From: Candidatus Hodarchaeota archaeon
GTDB lineage: Archaea > Asgardarchaeota > Heimdallarchaeia > Hodarchaeales > Hodarchaeaceae
DNA: 13,812 nucleotides
Direction of reading: 5' to 3'
NCBI GenBank assembly: GCA_016840035.1
Contig: JAEOTC010000052.1
Coordinates: 1 to 13,812 of the forward strand
The translations under genes and the position numbers were made by a program. Positions 6,445 to 13,812 of this stretch are shown here, one piece after another; the first letter of the stretch is position 1; every line of letters begins with the position of its first letter. Under the pieces are notes generated by a model. It was not told the DNA's origin and made no database searches. It saw only the letters and a program-made list of their open reading frames with translations.

Positions 6445-8658
6445 TTGCCCACTCAGCGTATTAAACATATAATCAAACGTATTAAAGGACCTGATCTTAC
6501 TTTATCCTTTACTCTCGATCAACAAAAAGCACAAATACTATTTTATGAGGGTTCATTTGATGAGGCCCTTCAATTGATTGAAAGAGAAATCTCAAGCGCA
6601 GATCTTTCTGAAATTGAACAAATTCAGTGGACGATCTTAAAAAGTAACGTTTTAAATGAAATGGGGGAAAGACAGAAAGGATTTGAACTAGCAATCCATG
6701 CTTCCCAGAAAAGTCAAGCAATTGACCATCCACTGTTACAAATAGAATCCTTAAGAGCTCAGTTCAATTCATTATTTCTACTAGGAAATTTAGACCAGTG
6801 TCAACAGGTTATCGAAGAAAGCGAGCTTTTACTGAAGAATTCACGTAGATTAGGAAAAACCGATAAAACTAAATATCAAGCTATTATCCAACATTTTAAT
6901 GGTAAAATTTTGCGGAAAAAGGGAGAACATTCCGAAGCAGACATGTTTCTGAAGAATGCTCACCTAGTATTAAGACAACAGGGGAATGAATATGAACAAG
7001 CCACCCTCTATAATGATCTTGGTATAAATAATGCCATGAAGGGGACTACAGATCTCGCGTTAGAGTACTTCAAGATGAGTTTACATTTGTACGAGAGTTT
7101 AGAAAATTCTTCTTCTTCAATTAAGCTCTATAACAATATAGGACAGATTTTATGGCAAAAAGGAGAATTAGAAGGAGCGTTGGATCACTACTTACGTGGT
7201 CAAGAGTTAAGTGAAAAGGCAGGTCAGAAAAGATTTAGCGCAGCATTGTTAATTAATATAGGATTAATAAATGAAAGTAAAGGGGATTTAGACTTAGCTT
7301 TAGACTATTATCAACAAAGTCTTACACTTTTTCAAGAATTAAATCATTTTAGTGAAGTAGCGATTTGCCACAATAATATTGGAAATGTGTATCAAGCGAA
7401 AGGAGAATTAGACATAGCTCTAAGTTACTATGAGAAAAGTCTGGCACATTTCGAAGAAATTGATAATAAGTACGAAGTTGCAGCCTCTTATGCAAATATT
7501 GGGGCAATTTACCGCGAAAAAGGAAATTATGTTGAATCTTCTGCTCAATTGACAAAAACATTGATCATTCAGGAAGAGCTCGGGAACCCACTAGAAATTT
7601 CGGTTACTCTTCTGAGTATGATCCAGAACTATATATCATCTGGAACAAAAGACTCAGCGGAACATTATTTAGCGAAATTAAAAGATCTGACCAGAGAAAA
7701 TAAGGTCATCGAACAACGATATCAGTTGGCTCATGCTTTAGTCTTACAGATGAGTGGAAGAACAGTTCACCGTGCTGAAGCACAGAAAATTCTGACAGAA
7801 ATCGCTCAATCTGAAATTTTAGATCATGAATTAACTGTCGAAGCAATGTTTAAGCTTTTTGAATTACTACTGTTTGAATTACAGACCTCAGGGAACGAAG
7901 AGGTATTAGGAGAGGTTAAGGACCTTTCTCTGAAAATAATTGCTATCGCTGAGTCGCAAAAAAGCTTTTCTGACTTAGCAGAGATATATCGATTACAATC
8001 CAAACTTGCTTTATTAGAACTTGACATAAGAGAGAGTCAACGGTTGCTTGGTCAAGCTCAGATCATCGCAGAAACTAAAGGTTTACATAGATTGGCACAG
8101 TCGATATCTTATGAATATGACTCATTACTGAATGATTTGACGAAGTGGAACGACTTTATTGAGCGGAATGCTTCAATAACAGAACGATGGGAATTAGCAG
8201 AACTAGAGTCGATGATGTCAGCAATATTAGAACGTAAAGGAACACAGTATGATGACATCCCTGAAGAAGACCCCATGATGTTATTAATCTTAGATGATGC
8301 GGGATTATGCTTGTTCTCCAAAACGTTCCCATCTGAGTCCTTTTTACAGGATCAATTAATCGGAGGCCTATTAACATCCATTAATGCGTTCATGCAAGAG
8401 GCATTTTCACTAAGTGGTTCAATTGAACGTATTAAACATGAAGAAAACACATTATTACTTAAAAATGTTGATCCCTATCTCTTTGCATATGTCTTCCAAG
8501 GCCAATCATATTCTGCAATGCAGAAGCTAGAAAAATTCATTACAGTGGTTAAAGAATCACCTTTATGGAATGACATATCTAAAATTCGATCAACAGGACG
8601 ATCAGACAAAGTAAACAAAGCAATGGATGAGGAGATCTCTAAAGTTTTCTTGAAATGA
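6445..8658 (+). CDS. Tetratricopeptide-repeat protein with C-terminal longin-like domain
   Basis: About 40-aa TPR units (NxIGxxxxxKGELDxALxYYxxSL). From ~aa 607 (nt 8263) MLLILDDAGLCLFSKTF...QLIGGLLTSINAFMQE...IERIKH...LFAYVF...KLEKF shows the bb-a-bbb-a longin/profilin-like pattern. The start is uncertain: TTG at 6445 with AGAGGA upstream, first in-frame ATG only at 6661. Confidence 0.88.
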   Translation: MPTQRIKHIIKRIKGPDLTLSFTLDQQKAQILFYEGSFDEALQLIEREISSADLSEIEQIQWTILKSNVLNEMGERQKGFELAIHASQKSQAIDHPLLQIESLRAQFNSLFLLGNLDQCQQVIEESELLLKNSRRLGKTDKTKYQAIIQHFNGKILRKKGEHSEADMFLKNAHLVLRQQGNEYEQATLYNDLGINNAMKGTTDLALEYFKMSLHLYESLENSSSSIKLYNNIGQILWQKGELEGALDHYLRGQELSEKAGQKRFSAALLINIGLINESKGDLDLALDYYQQSLTLFQELNHFSEVAICHNNIGNVYQAKGELDIALSYYEKSLAHFEEIDNKYEVAASYANIGAIYREKGNYVESSAQLTKTLIIQEELGNPLEISVTLLSMIQNYISSGTKDSAEHYLAKLKDLTRENKVIEQRYQLAHALVLQMSGRTVHRAEAQKILTEIAQSEILDHELTVEAMFKLFELLLFELQTSGNEEVLGEVKDLSLKIIAIAESQKSFSDLAEIYRLQSKLALLELDIRESQRLLGQAQIIAETKGLHRLAQSISYEYDSLLNDLTKWNDFIERNASITERWELAELESMMSAILERKGTQYDDIPEEDPMMLLILDDAGLCLFSKTFPSESFLQDQLIGGLLTSINAFMQEAFSLSGSIERIKHEENTLLLKNVDPYLFAYVFQGQSYSAMQKLEKFITVVKESPLWNDISKIRSTGRSDKVNKAMDEEISKVFLK

Positions 8659-8668
8659 GAATGGTAGT

Positions 8669-9679
8669 ATGCGTGTTTTGGTTGTTGGAGTTGGAGCAAT
8701 TGGAGGACTAGTTGCTGCACATATTGCAGAAAACAATATAGACGTTACAACAGTTACAAAATATGCTGATCTCGCAAATCTCATTCAAACAAAGGGAATC
8801 AAGCTTCAAGGATTAGAGCAAGAACGTTATGTACAGATGAAAGCCGTTCCTGAGGTGAAGTATTTACAAGGGAGATTTGATATAGTATTTTTTGGTATGA
8901 AGGCCATGGATGCATGTGATGCTGCTCATGCAATACTCCCATATTTGAAAGATGACAGTGTAATAGTTACTCTTCAAAATGGAGTTGTGGAAGAAGAAAT
9001 TGCTAGAATTGTAAAGCCTCAAAGAGTTATAGGTGCTGTTGTAGTTTGGGCCTCAAAAATGATTTCACCTGGAATAATCGAAAGAACTTCTGATGGAGGA
9101 TTCTTTATAGGTACTCTTGGCAAGAAAGGAAATCAAAGTCGAGTAGAAGAAGTAAAAACGCTACTTGGATATCTATTACCCACAGTAATAACAGATAATG
9201 TATTAGGAGCACTTTACGCGAAATTAGCAATAAATGCAGGAATAAATGGATTAGGAGCTCTTAGTGGATTTACCATAGGTGAAATAGTTGATAATAAGCA
9301 ATATGCAAAACTATTCATGCAAATTATCAGCGAATTATTTGCCATTGCCAATAAAGAGGGTATAGAAGTGTTTCAATTAAGTGAAGCATACCATCCACGT
9401 GAGCTAATACTCGTGGATAAATATACCCAATCTGAATTTGAAACTAAGCACAATCTTCTCAAAACAATATTCCAACCTTATCGAACCATTAAATCATCAA
9501 CCTTGAGGTCTTTAAAACGGAAACAAAAATCAGAAATTGAGTTTCTGAACGGATATATTTCGAGAAAAGGGAAGGAATTAGGAGTTCAAACACCAATTAA
9601 TTCTAGAATTAAAGCAATGGTGAAAGAAATTGAAGCAGGTCGTCGGGAAATCAGTCCGCAAAATCTCCTTAGTCTTTGA
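8669..9679 (+). CDS. panE: 2-dehydropantoate 2-reductase (ketopantoate reductase, PanE/ApbA family)
   Basis: Rossmann VVGVGAIGG, K-A-x-D, TLQNG, catalytic-Lys helix AKLAINAGINGLGAL, and KSS...SEIEFLNGYI...GVQTPIN. Family assignment is secure, but the substrate may differ in paralogues. Confidence 0.88.
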   Translation: MRVLVVGVGAIGGLVAAHIAENNIDVTTVTKYADLANLIQTKGIKLQGLEQERYVQMKAVPEVKYLQGRFDIVFFGMKAMDACDAAHAILPYLKDDSVIVTLQNGVVEEEIARIVKPQRVIGAVVVWASKMISPGIIERTSDGGFFIGTLGKKGNQSRVEEVKTLLGYLLPTVITDNVLGALYAKLAINAGINGLGALSGFTIGEIVDNKQYAKLFMQIISELFAIANKEGIEVFQLSEAYHPRELILVDKYTQSEFETKHNLLKTIFQPYRTIKSSTLRSLKRKQKSEIEFLNGYISRKGKELGVQTPINSRIKAMVKEIEAGRREISPQNLLSL

Positions 9680-9682
9680 GGA

Positions 9683-10702
9683 TTAGTCCTCTATTGCTTC
9701 AATCTCACCGTAACACTTAGCAGTGGCATAAAGGATTCCAATCAGATGTTTAGGTGCTTGAATATCCCCATCAACGGCTAGTTGGTAAATTACTTGTTTA
9801 AAATCGTCTGAAGTAATATCCGTATCGATTCTGAGTTCACCATAAACCCTTAAATCAACCTGTTGATCCGTTTCAAGAAAATATTCAAAGAATGAACTCG
9901 TAAGGTGGACATCAGAGTCAAAGCTTTTTGTAACAACTTGAGGGAGACGACTGCCTTTGAATTTCTCGATTTTATAGCAATTATTAACTTTCTTTAACAG
10001 GAGTAGATAAAGATGAGACGGAACCCAGATTTGTTCAATGTTATCTATACGTTTAATTTTTTGAAAAGTTTCGGGGCTTATATCGGGGCTTAGGAGTAAT
10101 TTCTTCACATTGACAATATTTATTACCTCGTCATCAAGATTTAGAAGCTCTTCTTCATAAAGCTCGAGAGTATTGATATTACTAATCGTATTACCATTTT
10201 CTTGATTCGATCCTTTGGAATCATATCGATATTTTGCAAAAAGACGATTGATTAAGTCTGCTACGCTTAAACCATTTTTACGGGCAATTTTACCAATATC
10301 CTTGTACAATCGGGCGTCTAAACCACGTATACCGATTACTTTCTCTGACTTTGATATCTCGAATTCGGGAGGAAGAGGTGGTATTGGGGGTACAGGAGGT
10401 AATGGAGGAATATGTGCACGTTGGGTTCGAGCAGAACGCATTTCGCGTTTGATTCTCTGACGTTCACGTTTAGCTTTTTCCCTCTCACGGTGAACTCTTT
10501 GACTTGCATGTTTTATTTGTTCCATTGCTTGCTTTCTGGCCTCCTTTACGATTTCATCCCGATCTGGGAGAATATTCTCTATAATATCGGAGGGATCGTC
10601 TTCAGCTTCTTCATCAGGAGACCAATTCTCCCCTACTGATTCTAAGTATTCTTCATCATCTTCATCAAGAATTTTCTTCTTCTTCTCATTAGGATCAAAC
10701 AT
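9683..10702 (-). CDS. Uncharacterised protein: acidic N-terminus, charged coiled coil, (hydrophobic-Pro-Pro)5 tract, ribbon-helix-helix-like domain, duplicated C-terminal domain
   Basis: 339-aa ORF. IPPLPPVPPIPPLPP at aa 98-112. KVIGIRGLDARLYKDIGKIARKNGLSVADLINRLF fits the CopG/Arc RHH pattern. The C-terminal halves align (DISPETFQK..VPSHLYLLL..CY versus DITSDDFKQ..APKHLIGIL..CY). Confidence 0.85.
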   Translation of the reverse strand: MFDPNEKKKKILDEDDEEYLESVGENWSPDEEAEDDPSDIIENILPDRDEIVKEARKQAMEQIKHASQRVHREREKAKRERQRIKREMRSARTQRAHIPPLPPVPPIPPLPPEFEISKSEKVIGIRGLDARLYKDIGKIARKNGLSVADLINRLFAKYRYDSKGSNQENGNTISNINTLELYEEELLNLDDEVINIVNVKKLLLSPDISPETFQKIKRIDNIEQIWVPSHLYLLLLKKVNNCYKIEKFKGSRLPQVVTKSFDSDVHLTSSFFEYFLETDQQVDLRVYGELRIDTDITSDDFKQVIYQLAVDGDIQAPKHLIGILYATAKCYGEIEAIED

Positions 10703-10742
10703 GGATAGACTTCCATTTTAAACTAGTAAACTCATTTTCTTG

Positions 10743-10943
10743 TTATAAAATACGGTTGATTGACAATTTCACGTACAAATCCTTTATATCCCGAAAATTT
10801 TTCGAATGGAGGGTAGACAAATATGATTCAGAAGTTGATCGCGATTTCTCATATTCTGCAATGATTTTTCGGGCCATAGCTATATATGAAGCAGGATCAA
10901 ACTGATTAAAATCGTCTAAATGTTTTTCTACGGGATTGAACAT
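10743..10943 (-). CDS. Small hypothetical protein (66 aa)
   Basis: ATG-initiated, overlaps no other ORF, co-oriented 40 bp upstream of the RHH gene and downstream of a BRE/TATA-like element. No recognisable family. Confidence 0.5.
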   Translation of the reverse strand: MFNPVEKHLDDFNQFDPASYIAMARKIIAEYEKSRSTSESYLSTLHSKNFRDIKDLYVKLSINRIL

Positions 10944-10991
10944 GTAAAATCAACATTAAGGTTTTGTTAACTCTGTACAACATATGCTTGA

Positions 10992-11010
10992 CTTATATTA
11001 AAAAGCTTTC
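10992..11010 (-). promoter_or_regulatory. Putative BRE/TATA promoter for the 66-aa ORF and RHH gene
   Basis: The minus strand reads GAAAGCTTTTTAATATAAG (purine-rich BRE-like run, then a TTTAATATA box) about 50-65 bp upstream of the ATG at 10943. Confidence 0.5.
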
Positions 11011-11456
11011 TAGTTAAGTATAATTTGATCTATTGAGTTTTTTCAACAAAAATAGAGATTAAATAGTATGAATACACAGAAAGAAGGTCTAGAATTAATT
11101 AAAATTGTTTTACAATATCTGAATATTTTACATCTTTGTAGTGTGTTAACACAGTTTTTGTACGTTGTGGAAGAATAACACAAACAAATCTAGTATAAAA
11201 AGGAGGAAAATACATGAAAATTCTTAAGTGAACTTCAACCATAATTTGAAGAATGCTTCCCTTAATAATGTTAATTTAAACTTTATAGATGTTATGATAA
11301 TATTAAAAAGTCATAATTATTTAAGTAAAACAATGATTGGACTGTCAAATTGGAGATTGATATCAATTTTCTAAATAGAGAATGTCTTTTTACCTTTTAA
11401 ATTCATTAAATACAAGTAATTTGATATTATAAACATATTACAAAGTGTTGATCTGA

Positions 11457-12812
11457 ATGAAATGTAATTTTAAATCACAAAAACTAGTTATTTTCTATTT
11501 AGTGCTATTTATGGTGTTCCATACAACAAATCTAGTCGATTCCACTATCTCTTTACCTACAACGTACTTTCCTATTGATGACTGGCGTAGAGCTACTCTG
11601 GATGAATTTGGAATCAATTCTACACGTATAGGTATGATGAACAATACCATTGTTACCCAAGATATTGGGGTTGATAGTATTCATATCATTCGCCACGGAT
11701 ATTTAGTTTATGAACGGTATTTCGAGTATTATAACCATTCTAACCTTCATCATCTTATGTCTGTTACTAAAAGTGTTACTAGTATTCTTGTTGGGATTGC
11801 TCAAGCAGAGGGATTTATTTCAGATCTTGATGAACCAGTTTTAGAAATATTTACAGATAGGAATTTTTCTAATGTTGATTCACGAAAAGAAGCATTAACT
11901 ATTCGCCATCTTCTGCAAATGCGTTCTGGTCTGGAGTGGAATAGCCAGGATGTTCCATTTTTAATTGGAACGATTGACAAACATGATTATGATCTTGTGA
12001 CCAATATATCTAATTGGTGGGATTTGTTTCCCAGTAATCCTGTGATAGATTGGAATCTAATGATCCATAGTCCAGATTGGATTCAATTCGTATTGGATAA
12101 ACCCATGGTTGCTGATCCTGGAACCGAGTTTTATTATAATTCTGGATGCTCCCATCTTCTTTCGGCCATTATTGCCAAAAAAACTGGAATGAATACAGAA
12201 CGGTTTGCTAAACAATATTTGTTTGATCCACTGAACATCAATAACTATACCTGGCAAAATGATTCTCAAAGTCTTAGCATGGGTGGTTTTGGATTATGGT
12301 TACAACCTAATGACATGGCTAAGATCGGGTATTTATGCTTGAACAACGGTCAATGGAATGGGGAAGAGATTATCCCTCCCGATTGGATTTTTGATTCTAC
12401 TCAAGATTATAGTCCTGGAAGTGGGTATGGTTACCAGTGGTGGACATTTTATGATAGTGATCATGAAAGTAGTTATTACAAAGCAATTGGTTTTGGGGGC
12501 CAATATATTATTGTCATTCCCGATGCTAGCGTAGTTGTTGTTCTTACATCGAGTGAATTTCATAATTCCAATCCTAATGCTTTGTTCGTTTCCTATATCT
12601 TACACTCCATCGATTTTGACTTCACGTATACGGAACCTACTACTTCTACTCCAGTGTCATCAACCTCAACCACTTCTGAAGTATCAACCGATGAACCATC
12701 TAGTATTACAGATACTTCACTACCTTCAACTTCTCCACAGACTACAAGTTTCATTAGTATTACTGCAATAATAGGATTCGTATTACTAATAGTCGTAAAG
12801 AAAAAGGAGTAG
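11457..12812 (+). CDS. Surface-anchored serine hydrolase, beta-lactamase class C / CubicO / NylB-like family
   Basis: Catalytic SxxK (SVTK, aa 102-105, nt 11760-11771), LTIRHLLQMRSGL, PGTEFYYNS (catalytic Tyr region), LQPNDMAKIGYL, YGYQWW, AIGFGGQ. Signal peptide, Ser/Thr-rich stalk, TTSF, hydrophobic helix, KKKE. Confidence 0.92.
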   Translation: MKCNFKSQKLVIFYLVLFMVFHTTNLVDSTISLPTTYFPIDDWRRATLDEFGINSTRIGMMNNTIVTQDIGVDSIHIIRHGYLVYERYFEYYNHSNLHHLMSVTKSVTSILVGIAQAEGFISDLDEPVLEIFTDRNFSNVDSRKEALTIRHLLQMRSGLEWNSQDVPFLIGTIDKHDYDLVTNISNWWDLFPSNPVIDWNLMIHSPDWIQFVLDKPMVADPGTEFYYNSGCSHLLSAIIAKKTGMNTERFAKQYLFDPLNINNYTWQNDSQSLSMGGFGLWLQPNDMAKIGYLCLNNGQWNGEEIIPPDWIFDSTQDYSPGSGYGYQWWTFYDSDHESSYYKAIGFGGQYIIVIPDASVVVVLTSSEFHNSNPNALFVSYILHSIDFDFTYTEPTTSTPVSSTSTTSEVSTDEPSSITDTSLPSTSPQTTSFISITAIIGFVLLIVVKKKE

Positions 12813-12835
12813 CTTCCTTTTTCGATTTTTTCTCA
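12813..12835 (+). terminator. Oligo-T terminator after the serine hydrolase gene
   Basis: CTTCCTTTTTCGATTTTTTCTC directly after TAG, in a convergent junction. Confidence 0.55.
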
Positions 12836-12872
12836 CTAAGATTACTTTGCATCTCCTCCAAATCCCCCTAAG

Positions 12873-13505
12873 TCAAAGGTTTCTGCGGTAGCGTACTAAA
12901 TTTCGTCGTGACTCCTTTTTACGACTAATAATCCAGGAATCTAAATCAGGTAAATATCCCCTCAAACTGGAATATGTAAAGCGTTTTTGACTCCACCAAG
13001 GATTCTGGAAAATGATTTTTCGCTTATTTCCATAGATCCACATCATATAGATATCATCTTTTTTTTCATCAATTGCGATATGAGATATATGTTCCCATTG
13101 AATAGCACAATCGGCAAACTTGTGGTGTGTATGGCCTATTCCTTTTCTTGAAGTATAAAGAGAATTAATCCTATAGATATAAATTCCTCCACCTGCTAGT
13201 AATAGTACAATACCAGATATCGCGATGAATACACTATTTTCAAGAATTGTTGTTGGATCGTTCACTATGTCCAAAATTGCATAGATTGCAAGGGATAATC
13301 CCAGAATTGAAAAGAAGAGAAACCCGATAATTCCACTAATTAGATTTGCTGAACCTTCTTTGTAGGTTTCACAATTTCTATCAGCACGAATTTCTTTTAA
13401 TAAAGTAGCAGACGAGAAACTACCACTAACATTCTGTGTACGAGGAGTACCATCGCTATCAGGGTCCTCTCGGTTTACCCATTTCTCATCTTCATCTTCG
13501 TGCAT
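12873..13505 (-). CDS. Hypothetical membrane protein (two TM helices plus a soluble C-terminal beta domain)
   Basis: 210-aa ORF with hydrophobic segments LISGIIGFLFFSILGLSLAIYAIL and VFIAISGIVLLLAGGGIYIY. The downstream ...SRKGI...IQWEHISHIAI resembles bacterial/archaeal PH-like domains (inference). Confidence 0.72.
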   Translation of the reverse strand: MHEDEDEKWVNREDPDSDGTPRTQNVSGSFSSATLLKEIRADRNCETYKEGSANLISGIIGFLFFSILGLSLAIYAILDIVNDPTTILENSVFIAISGIVLLLAGGGIYIYRINSLYTSRKGIGHTHHKFADCAIQWEHISHIAIDEKKDDIYMMWIYGNKRKIIFQNPWWSQKRFTYSSLRGYLPDLDSWIISRKKESRRNLVRYRRNL

Positions 13506-13812
13506 TTGATTTATCTAATCCAGTTTAAATTCGTTAATTATGAATGTTCTAGATCTTACTTAGTTCCTATAAAAGGGTAATTAAATTCCTTTGTAACATC
13601 GTATTCCCCAATATTGACTCTCTTCCAATTATTGAGTTAAACAAAAACTTCATCTTTCTAGTTCATTTGTTGTTAACATTGTGTTTCAGAGCTTCTTTCT
13701 TTGTTCAGGAATGTGAAGTAATAAAAAGCTACTTGGAGAATTATTAGTTGTGAAAGATAGTAGACACTACACTTTTCCAGGTTCCACCAGAAGACGTTTT
13801 AAGAGAGGATTA

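Noticed and set aside
5571-8784. Short minus-strand ORFs (5571-5753, 6509-6733, 7349-7561, 7824-8027, 8109-8321, 8156-8377, 8475-8720, 8602-8784)
   Set aside because: Antisense to strong genes, short, and without protein-like features.
11068-11231. 36-aa ORF and MKILK mini-ORF as genes
   Set aside because: Too short and without homology evidence. They are mentioned only as part of the intergenic finding.
10215-12771. ORFs 10215-10460, 10412-10639, 12057-12269, 12333-12563, 12535-12771
   Set aside because: They overlap the RHH or serine hydrolase genes. The Gly-rich stretch in 10215-10460 is just the antisense of the Pro codons.
13717-13812. Possible partial gene at the right edge (+ strand GTG at 13750, or a minus-strand C-terminus NPLLKRLLVEPGKV*)
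   Set aside because: Too little sequence to choose a strand or frame.

Overview
AT-rich, gene-dense window with archaeal hallmarks: PGF-CTERM-like sorting tails, oligo-T terminators, BRE/TATA-like promoters and a TPR protein with a longin-like C-terminus. An Asgard archaeon (Heimdallarchaeia/Hodarchaeales-like) is my inference, not something the sequence proves. Genes in order: a 5'-truncated HipA/PI3K-like kinase; a YkgJ cysteine-cluster protein; a divergent pair of large surface-anchored proteins (a 590-aa tandem beta-sandwich repeat protein and a 1054-aa parallel beta-helix protein); a TPR-longin-like protein followed closely by a ketopantoate reductase-family gene; a protein combining a polyproline tract, a ribbon-helix-helix and a duplicated domain, with a small upstream ORF; a surface-anchored beta-lactamase-family serine hydrolase; and a small membrane protein. 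I saw no RNA genes, CRISPR arrays or mobile elements. The best candidate for something undescribed is the 590-aa surface protein. Each of its four repeats has one first-strand Gln and one last-strand Cys exactly 87-88 residues apart, and both are absent from the fifth domain. This suggests, but does not show, a Cys-Gln thioester cross-link. Also notable are an invariant 12-aa His motif repeated three times in the beta-helix protein and a palindrome-dense divergent promoter shared by these two genes.
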